Source: Armatimonadota bacterium (GTDB lineage: Bacteria; Armatimonadota; Zipacnadia; Zipacnadales; UBA5352). Taken from it: 55,018 nucleotides of DNA. A program made the translations under genes and the position numbers. The notes beneath the pieces are model-generated. The model ran no database searches and was not told where the DNA came from. It saw nothing but the letters and a program-made list of their open reading frames with translations. This document shows, piece by piece, positions 1 to 11,580 of the stretch (position 1 is the first letter of the stretch; every line of letters begins with the position of its first letter). The stretch covers positions 1-55,018 of the forward strand of contig JAYENL010000316.1 in NCBI GenBank assembly GCA_034722055.1. Direction: 5' to 3'.

Positions 1-1
1 A

Positions 2-25
2 CGCGCATGAAGATTCTCTTTGCGC

Positions 26-32
<7 letters not shown>
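2..32 (+). other. 5' arm of the 23S processing stem (pairs with 3140-3170)
   Basis: CGCGCATGAAGATTCTCTTTGCGCGGTCAAG is nearly the reverse complement of CTTGACCGCGCAAATAGAGTCTTCATGCACG at 3140-3170, a typical RNase III stem. Confidence 0.9.
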
Positions 33-3146
<3,114 letters not shown>

Positions 3147-3205
3147 GCGCAAATAGAGTCTTCATGCACGCTCCCATCACTGTGCAGATGCCCATAGCTC
3201 ACCTT

Positions 3206-3322
3206 TCCCGGTGACAATTGCGGAGGGGCAACACCCGTTCCCATTCCGAACACGGCAGTTAAGCCCTCCAGCGCCGATGGTACTGCACGGGTGACCGTGT
3301 GGGAGAGTAGGTCGTCGCCGGG
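3206..3322 (+). rRNA. rrf: 5S ribosomal RNA
   Basis: CACCCGTTCCCATTCCGAACACGGCAGTTAAGC and GCCGATGGTACTG...GGGAGAGTAGGTCGTCGCCGGG motifs; ends pair. Confidence 0.98.
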
Positions 3323-3336
3323 TTTTGGCTTCCCCC

Positions 3337-3365
3337 GACAGCCCGCCTGATCAGGGCGGGCTGTC
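3337..3365. terminator. Hairpin after the rRNA operon, between convergent units
   Basis: GACAGCCCGCC-loop-GGCGGGCTGTC 11-bp stem; no clear U-tract. Confidence 0.6.
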
Positions 3366-3402
3366 ACCGCGTACGCCTGCTGCCGGCCGCTCCGGAGGCG
3401 GA

Positions 3403-4452
3403 TCAGGGGGCCTCGAAGGGCCGGCTGAGCCGCAGCGTCCTCTCCCCTGGCCGCCACCATCCCTCCGAGGCGAACTCACCGGTGTGCAGGTAGCACTGCA
3501 CCCGCACCTCACTGCTGCCCGGCTCGAAGGTGAACATGCGCGTCAGGGGGGCCTTCCCGGCGTGGTGTTGCGTGATGGCGCAGCAGTTCGCGAACCACAC
3601 GTCCCACTTCCGCTCGATGTGCGACCTGCCGCCATAGGTGTCGTCCGGGCAGGCGTGGGTATGGCCGCCCAGCCACAGGTCGATGGCGCCGGGGTGGTCC
3701 TGGAGGTAGCCCTCAAAGGCCCTGGCGTGTGGCCGGTCGTCGAGGAAGTATATGAACGATGCGCCCTCAGGCGCGCCCTCCTCGAAGCACCCGTGGTAGC
3801 CGCCCTCCACGCCCTCGTTGAGCCCGCTGGCGACAGTGGTGTCCTCCAGCATGTGGTGGTGGCAGGAGATGACGATGCGGTCGGGGTGCTCCTCGACCAT
3901 CCCTCGCCACCAGTCGAAGGTCTCGCCGGTCACCCGTCCTGCGGGGTAGCCCCCTGTGGCGGCGCGGCCGGCGGGCGGGCCGCCGTCGTTGCGATCGCCC
4001 ATCATCAGCACCAGCAGATTCCCCACCTCGAAGCTGTAGCGCTCCCAGGTGCCGGTCACCGGATACGGGCGGCGCGAGTTATCCACGCCCGAGACCTGCG
4101 TGTTCTCGCCGGTGGGGTCGATCCAGGTGCGGAACCACCACTGGGTGGGCTCCCCGGGCCCGCTGGCGTCGTGGTTGCCCAGCAGGTTGTAGAAGTGCTC
4201 CCGCCCGTGCTCCTCCGCCACTGAGATCTGGTCGTGGTAGAGCTCGCCGTCGCGGTCGCTGGGTGTATCCTGGAGGCCCTTGAGGTCGCCCAGGTGGAGC
4301 ATGATGTCCCAGTCGAAGGCGGGCCCGCCCTCGTCTCCCCCACGCTCGGAGTCCGTGATGGCGTCCGCGAGGCTCTTGCGGCCGAACTTGAGATCGGTCG
4401 CCAGGTGCGCGCAGCCGCCAACCCACAGCCGGAACATCCCATCGCGGCTCAC
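3403..4452 (-). CDS. Calcineurin-like metallophosphoesterase
   Basis: Motifs HLGD, GNHD, HHH, GGHTH; first motif reads CAH instead of DxH; GGAGGTG RBS before GTG. Confidence 0.8.
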   Translation of the reverse strand: MSRDGMFRLWVGGCAHLATDLKFGRKSLADAITDSERGGDEGGPAFDWDIMLHLGDLKGLQDTPSDRDGELYHDQISVAEEHGREHFYNLLGNHDASGPGEPTQWWFRTWIDPTGENTQVSGVDNSRRPYPVTGTWERYSFEVGNLLVLMMGDRNDGGPPAGRAATGGYPAGRVTGETFDWWRGMVEEHPDRIVISCHHHMLEDTTVASGLNEGVEGGYHGCFEEGAPEGASFIYFLDDRPHARAFEGYLQDHPGAIDLWLGGHTHACPDDTYGGRSHIERKWDVWFANCCAITQHHAGKAPLTRMFTFEPGSSEVRVQCYLHTGEFASEGWWRPGERTLRLSRPFEAP

Positions 4453-4529
4453 ACCGCCTCACCTCCCACCTGTCGGTTCGCTTCCGGGGTCGATGGGGCC
4501 TCCCCACGGCCTTTCCCGTGCATAGTGAA

Positions 4530-4555
4530 GCCGCCGCGGCCGGGGCCGCGGCGGC
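4530..4555 (-). terminator. GC-rich hairpin downstream of the 4584-5375 gene
   Basis: GCCGCCGCGGCC-GG-GGCCGCGGCGGC inverted repeat. Confidence 0.5.
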
Positions 4556-4583
4556 ATTCGTTCGCCTCAGTGGCCTCGTGGCC

Positions 4584-5375
4584 TCATGGAGCGGGGGGCG
4601 CGGGAGGGCCTCCGCCAGGCGGCCCGCCCATTCCGGGCTCACCCGGAGCTCCCGGGCCCATCCCGGGCTCACCGGGAGGTCCCATCATCCCGGGCTCACC
4701 CATCATGCCGGGCTCACCCATTCCGCCGGGGGCGGCTCCGCCGGGCGCTGCGCCTGCGCCCTCAGCACCGCCTGTCATAAGCGCCTCCATGGCCTCCTCC
4801 ATAGCGGCCTGTAGCTCCTCGGCCATCTCCTCCTCTTCCTCCTCGGCCTCGAAGACCTCGGGCTCCTCGGGAGGCGCCGGCTCCAGGTGCAGCAGCAGCC
4901 AGGCCTCGTCGGGCTTCCAGTCCAGGTAGGGCCGCTTCCAGTTCACGCCGTAGGGCGGCCCCGCGGGGAGGTTGGCCTCCTCATAGGGCCAGTAGGGCAT
5001 GGGCTGAAGCTGGCCCACTCCGATGAGGTTCCGCACCCACCGGTGGCGCCAGAACTGGCCGGGCGGGAGGATCGTGAACTCCATGGAGCGGATGCCGGCC
5101 CGAATGTGCAGCATCTTGCCGTCGGGACCGGCCTCGACGGTGGCGCTTCCGCCGGAGTCCTTGGCGGCGGCGCCGACCCACATCATCTCCACGCCGTCGA
5201 GCGTGACGGTCTCGCCATGCAGTCCCTCCACCCAGGCGGCGGGCGTCAGCGCCCTGCCCGCCACGATCATGGCCGGCTTCGGCCCGTCGCCGGCCGGCTC
5301 CGTGACGGCCTGCGCCCAGGCCGAGGTGGCCACGAGGCAAGCCAAGAGGACGATGAGCAGTGTGCGTTGTGTCAT
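4584..5375 (-). CDS. Secreted hypothetical protein with an acidic segment and a Gly/Pro/Met repeat tail
   Basis: Signal peptide (MTQRTLLIVLLACLVATSAWAQ); GGAGGG RBS; C-terminal GEPGM repeats. Confidence 0.75.
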   Translation of the reverse strand: MTQRTLLIVLLACLVATSAWAQAVTEPAGDGPKPAMIVAGRALTPAAWVEGLHGETVTLDGVEMMWVGAAAKDSGGSATVEAGPDGKMLHIRAGIRSMEFTILPPGQFWRHRWVRNLIGVGQLQPMPYWPYEEANLPAGPPYGVNWKRPYLDWKPDEAWLLLHLEPAPPEEPEVFEAEEEEEEMAEELQAAMEEAMEALMTGGAEGAGAAPGGAAPGGMGEPGMMGEPGMMGPPGEPGMGPGAPGEPGMGGPPGGGPPAPPAP

Positions 5376-5442
5376 CCGGTTCCCTCCTGTCAAAGGCCCT
5401 GTCCCGGCGAGGAAGGGCCGCGCCGTTCCTCGGACGGGGGCA

Positions 5443-6141
5443 CTATACCACTATCTGATCCTCGGGGTCAAAGGGCGGCGCGCAGACTACGATGGTCTGG
5501 AAGTCGCCCTCACCGCAGTGTTCCAGCCCGGCCGGGACGTAGACGGTGTCTCCGGGGGACAGCTCGAACTGCTCGCGGCCGACCCTGAGCCGCCCCTCCC
5601 CCTCCAGCACGTGATACAGCTCAGTGGTCCGCACGTGGTAGTGGCAGTCCGCGGCCTGGATGTGCACCACGTGCAGGCCCAGAGCCACGCCGTCGTCGCG
5701 CGTGAGCACCCGCCGACTGCTTCCGCACGCCGAGCGCGCCGCGGGTGCCTGCTGAACGTGGCGCATGATGGGCCGGCTGCAGGGGCGGGGCAGCTCCTCG
5801 TCCGGGCTCAGCTCGTCCTCCGGGTCGAAGGGCGGCAGGAGCGCGATGGCGGCTGTGAAGTGACCCTCGCCCCGATGGACACAGCCCGGCGGAATGTAGA
5901 CGACCGAATCCGGCCGCAGCTCCGCGGCCAAGCCCGCGACCAGCAGCCTCCCCGAGCCCTCCAGGACGTAGTACACCTCGGTGGTCCTGGCGTGGTAGTG
6001 CGCCTCGGCACGCTCGATCTCGGTGACGTGGAAGCCGACCGTGGCCTCGTCGTCGCGCGTGATGATCCTGCGGCTCCGCCCACAGGAGCAATCCACTGAC
6101 TCGATCTCGTCGAGGCTCCGGCAGATAGGCTCGCGGCTCAT
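5443..6141 (-). CDS. Tandem (double) cupin-domain protein
   Basis: Two homologous halves with HYH.RTTE.Y.VLEG.G and YIPPGCVH / YVPAGLEH; RBS GGGGAGG before ATG at 6141. The ORF-track 5' extension runs through a repeat element and is not real. Confidence 0.85.
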   Translation of the reverse strand: MSREPICRSLDEIESVDCSCGRSRRIITRDDEATVGFHVTEIERAEAHYHARTTEVYYVLEGSGRLLVAGLAAELRPDSVVYIPPGCVHRGEGHFTAAIALLPPFDPEDELSPDEELPRPCSRPIMRHVQQAPAARSACGSSRRVLTRDDGVALGLHVVHIQAADCHYHVRTTELYHVLEGEGRLRVGREQFELSPGDTVYVPAGLEHCGEGDFQTIVVCAPPFDPEDQIVV

Positions 6142-6194
6142 GGCGTCCTCCCCTGCTGGTGTGAGGGTAGCAGATCGGACACGTCGGATCAATG

Positions 6195-6348
6195 GCGGGT
6201 GCGAATTCCAAGTGTTGGTGGAGCGCGCGGGCGAGGGCCGCCCGGAGACGCGTATGCGTCTCTCCCCGCAGCCACAGCCCCGCCCGCGCCCCAGTACTTG
6301 GCCGGGTTGCAGGGGCCCACCCGCGACCGGCAATCTGAGAGCGCATCC
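6195..6348 (-). repeat. Dispersed ~150-nt structured element, copy 1
   Basis: Reverse complement aligns over its full length with 31517-31672 and partly with 21606-21704. Confidence 0.9.
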
Positions 6349-7776
6349 TCAATGGCCCGATGCATCGAGTCGGCGCCGCTTTACCGTGACCGACAGGAGC
6401 GTGCCCACCACGCGGTCGCCCTCCGCCCAGCCGGCCAGCCCCTCCAGGGGATCGGCGGTGAAGGTGCGCAGCCAGTGCGTGGGTGCCCGCCCGCCGAGGC
6501 CGATGGAGATGCGGCTGCCGCCCTCCGAGCCGGGCGGCGGGGCGTTGGAGCCCGTCAGGCGCTCGACGACGCCCCCCTCCAGCCCCTCGCTCCGGGCCGT
6601 GCAGATGAGACCCTCCTCCGCCCGCACCACCTCCTCGGCGACCAGCAGGGCCTTCAAAGTCCCCCACACCGGCTCGATGACCAGCCCGGCGGCGTCGAAG
6701 GTGAAGCGCTCGGCCACCCAGATGCGCGAGCCGGGCCGCACGGTGCTGCCCTCGGCGAACCGCAGGCGGACCGTGACCTCCTCGGTGCCCAGCACTGCGA
6801 GGCGCAGGGTCCCGGCGTCGCCGCTACGGTAGCCGTGGGCCACCATGACGCCATCGTCAGACCAGCTCACCAGCACCGGAGCTGCGTCCGCGGGAGCCTC
6901 GGCGCCCCAAAGGCGGCGCTTGATCTGCCCCGACAGGTCCACCACCCATAGCCCGGACCCGGCCGCGAAGAGCAGCGCTCCGCCTGACGGCGAGGCCGCG
7001 ACAGCGCGGACGTCCTCGGCCAGCACCACGCGCTCGCCGTCCACCCGGCGCGCAAGTTCGGCCCGCTCGCGGTCGAACTCCACGTCCGGCGGCAGCCCCG
7101 CTCCATCCAGCGGCTTGGGGGGCGCGTCGATCTCCGCCCACAGGCCGGTCTCCAGATCGATCCGATAGTGTGGGGGCGGCGTGCCCGGACAGGCCACGAC
7201 CAGGCAGCCCTCATCGGCCGCGGCCAGGGCGTCACAGGTGGGCTGCGGGAGCCGGGCGAGAACGACCGATGGCCGCCCGGGAATGAATCGCCGGATCTCG
7301 GTGGCCTCGTCAACGTGCTGGCACGCCGCAGCCACGCTGCCGTCGGCGAGTGCAACCAGCTCCCCGGGCGCGGCGCAGGAGTGCTGGGGGTCGAGGATGA
7401 GGGCGCGGCCGTCGGTCATCGAGAGGGAACACAGCAGCGCACCGCCCTCCTGCGCGCGGCGCCAGTAGACGATGCTGTCGCCGGAGTGTGAGATCGCCAT
7501 GCGCGGCGGCGAGCAGGGCTCCGGAAGCCACGGCTCGTCGAGCTCCGCGCCATGAACGATGATCGCCGGCACGTCGGGCCACCCTCGCCACCCGGCGACG
7601 ACGAGGCGCCCGCCACCGGGCCACGCCACCCGCCGCGCCAGCACCGGCGCGACCTCGGCGTCCTCCATAACGATCAGCCGGCGAACCTGCGCCGGCGTGA
7701 CCACCGGCGCCGCCCAGGCGCCCCAGGCCAGGGCGCTCAGCCCCACAACGGCCAGCATGCGACGCAGTCGGTACAT
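6349..7776 (-). CDS. Secreted hypothetical protein, possibly with TolB-like beta-propeller segments
   Basis: RBS GGAGGAG before ATG at 7776; signal peptide ending AWA; S-P-x-G and WSDDG turn motifs. Confidence 0.65.
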   Translation of the reverse strand: MYRLRRMLAVVGLSALAWGAWAAPVVTPAQVRRLIVMEDAEVAPVLARRVAWPGGGRLVVAGWRGWPDVPAIIVHGAELDEPWLPEPCSPPRMAISHSGDSIVYWRRAQEGGALLCSLSMTDGRALILDPQHSCAAPGELVALADGSVAAACQHVDEATEIRRFIPGRPSVVLARLPQPTCDALAAADEGCLVVACPGTPPPHYRIDLETGLWAEIDAPPKPLDGAGLPPDVEFDRERAELARRVDGERVVLAEDVRAVAASPSGGALLFAAGSGLWVVDLSGQIKRRLWGAEAPADAAPVLVSWSDDGVMVAHGYRSGDAGTLRLAVLGTEEVTVRLRFAEGSTVRPGSRIWVAERFTFDAAGLVIEPVWGTLKALLVAEEVVRAEEGLICTARSEGLEGGVVERLTGSNAPPPGSEGGSRISIGLGGRAPTHWLRTFTADPLEGLAGWAEGDRVVGTLLSVTVKRRRLDASGH

Positions 7777-7937
7777 GCTCCTCCCCCACTTCAAGTACGG
7801 CCATGCGCTCCGTGGGCACAGTTCGCTGTCAGGCCACCGGCTCCTGCCGCGGCTGTCCTCAACATCGCGAGTCTCTGAGTGTTGTGTCGCCAGACGGCGA
7901 TGTGTCGCCGTAAACGAGGAGCTGGCGACTCGCACCC

Positions 7938-8759
7938 TCAGTCGAATGTCTGGTTGAGCTCGGCGGATGTGAACCGCCGGCCGCAGTGGGGGCAAATGGG
8001 ATGGGGATTGAGGAACTCGTTCCAGGGCGCCTTCGCGCGGAAGCCGGCGTGGCCGGTGGGCTTTTTGCACTCGGGGCAGATCACCCGCCAGGTCAGCCGC
8101 TGCACCACGAAGACCAGGAAGACGGTGGCCAGGCCGACAACCAGCGTCGTCGCCTGGGTGGGGGTGTTGCCAAAGCCGAGGGCCACGTTATACACGCCCC
8201 ACAGGATGGCCCCGAGCATCAGCATCAGCAGCGTATAGTGGGCAATGACGCCGGGGAGGCCCATGGCCCGCCCCTCCCTGCGGCGGGGCTCATCCTCCTC
8301 GACGTCCATCCCCGCGCGCCAGCGCTTCTCACGCTCCAGCACCAGCATGCACGGGACGCAGATGGTGTGTCCATGCTGCTCGCCGCCAAAGCATTCAGCG
8401 CAGATCGGGCGCCCGCAGTGCCAGCAGAAGGTCACCGCCGGCCGCTTGGGATGATTGAAGCACTTGAGCGTGCGGGCCTCCGCCTCGGTCTCCACCTCAT
8501 CGGCCACTGCGGCACTTCGCCGGCCCAGCCGCCGCGAGGCGTCGTACTCGGCCCGCTTCTCCGGGTCGCTGAGCACGTCGTAGGCGATGTTGAGCTGCGT
8601 CATCTTACCGTGGGCCCAGGAGCGCTTCTCAGCGGGGTGCACATCGGGGTGGTACTTGCGCACCAGCACGCGGTAGGCCTTGTCGATGACCTCCGGGATG
8701 GCCCTCTCGTGGACCTGGAGGGTCGCGTAGAGGTCCGGCTCGCCGTGGTCGATCTCCAT
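7938..8759 (-). CDS. J-domain protein with B-box-like zinc finger, two TM helices and a C-terminal zinc ribbon
   Basis: DLYATLQV...KAYR...KYHPD...AYDVLSDPEKRAEYD; CFNHP...CWHCGRPICAEC; CPEC...CPHC. Confidence 0.85.
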   Translation of the reverse strand: MEIDHGEPDLYATLQVHERAIPEVIDKAYRVLVRKYHPDVHPAEKRSWAHGKMTQLNIAYDVLSDPEKRAEYDASRRLGRRSAAVADEVETEAEARTLKCFNHPKRPAVTFCWHCGRPICAECFGGEQHGHTICVPCMLVLEREKRWRAGMDVEEDEPRRREGRAMGLPGVIAHYTLLMLMLGAILWGVYNVALGFGNTPTQATTLVVGLATVFLVFVVQRLTWRVICPECKKPTGHAGFRAKAPWNEFLNPHPICPHCGRRFTSAELNQTFD

Positions 8760-8761
8760 CC

Positions 8762-9610
8762 TCAGTCGCCGCCGCCCCCGGGCGTTGGCTCGCAGGCGAG
8801 CACCAGGCGCTCCACGGCCTCCGCCACGCCGGCGCGCTCATCCTCCGGGACCAGGTCGGCCTGCTCCCTCAGCTCCCGGTCGGCGAAGGCCATGAACACG
8901 CCCACGCCGGCCGCACGCACCATCTCCAGGTCGTTGAGGCTGTCGCCCAGCGCCATGGTCTGCTCCAGGGGGACCCCCAGGTGATCCGCCAGCCAGCACA
9001 GCGCGGTGGCCTTGGTGGCCTCCGGGCTGAGCAGCTCCATGTACTCCGGCAACGAGATGGTGGCGTAGACGCGGTCGCCGTAGCGCCGGGAGAAGTGCTC
9101 GTGCCGCTGGCGCGTCTCCTGGGGCGTGCCCACGAGGAGGATCTTGGTGGGCCGGGAGCCGGCGAACCGCCGCAGGTCGCCGGCGATGACGCCCCGGTCG
9201 CCGGTGCGGCGCAGGTAGCGCCGCGCCCAGCGGTCGAAGCGCTGCACGTAGAGCGTGTCATCCAGGAAGTACATGAAGTCCACCATCTGGTGGACGAGCA
9301 GCTCCACGATCTCCGCCGCCAGGTCGGCGGGGAGCCGCACGTGGCGCATGGGCGTGGGCTCGCCGGGCCGCCGGATCATGGCGCCGTTGTAGGAGATCAC
9401 GGGGGCGTCGATGCCCAGCTCCCGGGCGTACTGCTCCGCGGACCGATGCGTGCGGCCGGTGGCGATGGCCACCGTCACGCCTCGCTCGGCCGCCGCCGCG
9501 AGGGCCTGCCGGTTGCGGTCCGGGATGCGCAGATCGCCGTCGAGGAGCGTGTGATCCAGGTCAACTGCGATGAGCTTGATCTCGGGTGTGGTGTCAGTCA
9601 TCTCTACCAT
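8762..9610 (-). CDS. Cof-type HAD-IIB hydrolase
   Basis: DLDHTLL, IATGR, ISYNGA, KATAL, GDSLND motifs. Confidence 0.92.
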   Translation of the reverse strand: MVEMTDTTPEIKLIAVDLDHTLLDGDLRIPDRNRQALAAAAERGVTVAIATGRTHRSAEQYARELGIDAPVISYNGAMIRRPGEPTPMRHVRLPADLAAEIVELLVHQMVDFMYFLDDTLYVQRFDRWARRYLRRTGDRGVIAGDLRRFAGSRPTKILLVGTPQETRQRHEHFSRRYGDRVYATISLPEYMELLSPEATKATALCWLADHLGVPLEQTMALGDSLNDLEMVRAAGVGVFMAFADRELREQADLVPEDERAGVAEAVERLVLACEPTPGGGGD

Positions 9611-9674
9611 CTTGGACGATTCGGCCCCACGCCGGGGTCAGCGGCGTGAGGCCGGGGATCATGCGGGCGAAAGA

Positions 9675-10550
9675 TCAGGTGACGATCTTGAGGATCTCGC
9701 GCAGGTTCTCCAGGCACACCCGGGAGGCGTACTCGCCGCCCGCGCTGAAGGCCGCGCCGCCGGGGCGGTTGAGCAGGTCCTCGTCGAGCTCGGTCGCCGA
9801 CCGCCAGTGCGTCTCCAGCGAGCAGGCGCCCTCGTAGCCCATCTCCATGAGGGCCCTGAACTGCCCCGGGTAGTCGATGTAGCCGCCGATGCCGACCGGC
9901 ACGCAGCGCGCCCGCTCCTCGGCCTCCGGGGTGCGCACCGCGTCCTTGATGTGCACGTGGATGAGATTGGGCTTCATGCGCTCGAAGGCATCGGGGAACG
10001 GCAGCTCGCCGTCCTCGGCGAAGACCTCATTCGCCGGGTCCCAGATGGCCTGGACCCGTTCCGACCCCAGGTCAGCATAGAGCTGCTCGGCCTCGGCCGC
10101 GGTGGCGATGTGCGTGGAGGCCTCGTTCTCGATGCCCAGGTAGGCGTCCTCCTGCTCGCAGATCTCGATGGGCTCCTCGAATGCGTCCAGGATCTGGTGC
10201 CAGACGCTGTGGGCCGGGCCCGTCTTCCAGAAGGTGAAGCCGCGGATGATGTTGGTGCCCAGCGCCCGCCCGATCTCGATGCACCGGCGGAGGATCCCGA
10301 TATGCTCCTGGTACTGGTCCTCATCGCCCAGATCGCACTTGAAGAACGGCGAGGCGATGGCGCACACGCCCATCCCGGCCTCGTCGAGGATGCGCTTCAT
10401 CTCCGCGACCTGCTCGTCGGTGAGGTCCTGCGGCGCCGTGTCCCAGACACTGCGGGGCTCGACCATGGGCACATCGAACTCGCGGCAGACATCCGCCACA
10501 CGCTGAAAGTCCTGCGACACCTCATCGCTGATGACGCTAAGCTTGAACAT
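9675..10550 (-). CDS. Sugar phosphate isomerase/epimerase (xylose-isomerase-like TIM barrel)
   Basis: SVISDE, IENE, WDPAN, HVHIKD, SLETH metal-binding motifs. Confidence 0.88.
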   Translation of the reverse strand: MFKLSVISDEVSQDFQRVADVCREFDVPMVEPRSVWDTAPQDLTDEQVAEMKRILDEAGMGVCAIASPFFKCDLGDEDQYQEHIGILRRCIEIGRALGTNIIRGFTFWKTGPAHSVWHQILDAFEEPIEICEQEDAYLGIENEASTHIATAAEAEQLYADLGSERVQAIWDPANEVFAEDGELPFPDAFERMKPNLIHVHIKDAVRTPEAEERARCVPVGIGGYIDYPGQFRALMEMGYEGACSLETHWRSATELDEDLLNRPGGAAFSAGGEYASRVCLENLREILKIVT

Positions 10551-10638
10551 CGCTGACACCTTTCCGTATGTCATTGGTTTCAGGAGGGCTCGGGTAGTGT
10601 TTCCATCCCCGCCGGGCGACCTCCTGCCTGCCGCTTTC

Positions 10639-11580
10639 TCAGAAGTGCACCTTGCCGATCTTCAGCCGGCTGGTGCGGCGCAGGTCCGCCATGAGCATGG
10701 CGGTGGCGATGGAGTAGAGCTTGGACTCGGCGCTGTCGGCGCGCGAGGTCAGCACCACCGGCGCGGATGCCCCCACCAGCACGCCCGCCACCCGCCCCTG
10801 CGCCAGATAGACGAAGCTCTTGGCGAGCATGTTGCCGGCCTCGATGTCGGGCACCAGCAGGATGTCGCAGTTGCCGGCCACGGGGCCCGAGATGCGCTTG
10901 ATGCCGGCGGCGAGCTCGGAGACGGCGTTGTCGAGCGCGAAGGGCCCGTCGATGCAGCAGGAGGGGAACTGGCCCCGCTGGCTCATCTTCGACAGCACCG
11001 CGGCGTGCACGGTGGCCTCCATGTCCGGATTTACCAGCTCCGTGGCCGCCAGCACGCCGACCTTCGGCTCCTCCACCCCTAGCAGTTGCGCCAGATAGAC
11101 GGCATTGAGGATGATGTCGGCCTTGGTGACCAGGTCGGGGGCGATGTTCATGGCGCCGTCGGTCACCATGGTCAGCCGCCCCAGGTGCGCCGTCTCCAGG
11201 ATAAACACATGGCTCATGACGTGGCCGCTGCGGAGGCCCTTCTCCCTGTCCAGCACGGCGCGCAGGAAGTCGTCGGTGTGGATCTGCCCCTTCATCAGGA
11301 TGTCGGCGCGGCCGGTGCTGACCAGCTCCGTCGCCACGGCCGCCGCCCGCAGGTCGTTCCTCTCGTCGATGACCGAAACCTCGGCGAGGTCCAGCTCGGC
11401 CTTCTCGGCCTCCCGGGCGATCTCCTCGCGGTCGCCCACCAGCACGGCCTCGGCGATCCCCGACTCCGCGGCCCGCCCGACGGCCCCCAGCACGCTCTCG
11501 TGCTCGGCGACCGCCACGGCCACCGTCTTCATGGGGCGGCTGCGCACGGCCTCCACCACGTCGTCCAGCGTCTCGATCAT
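10639..11580 (-). CDS. ptb: Phosphate butyryltransferase / phosphate acyltransferase (PTA_PTB family)
   Basis: ADILMKG, TDGAMNIAPDL, DGPFALDNA, PDIEAGNMLAK, VLTSRADS motifs. Confidence 0.9.
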   Translation of the reverse strand: MIETLDDVVEAVRSRPMKTVAVAVAEHESVLGAVGRAAESGIAEAVLVGDREEIAREAEKAELDLAEVSVIDERNDLRAAAVATELVSTGRADILMKGQIHTDDFLRAVLDREKGLRSGHVMSHVFILETAHLGRLTMVTDGAMNIAPDLVTKADIILNAVYLAQLLGVEEPKVGVLAATELVNPDMEATVHAAVLSKMSQRGQFPSCCIDGPFALDNAVSELAAGIKRISGPVAGNCDILLVPDIEAGNMLAKSFVYLAQGRVAGVLVGASAPVVLTSRADSAESKLYSIATAMLMADLRRTSRLKIGKVHF

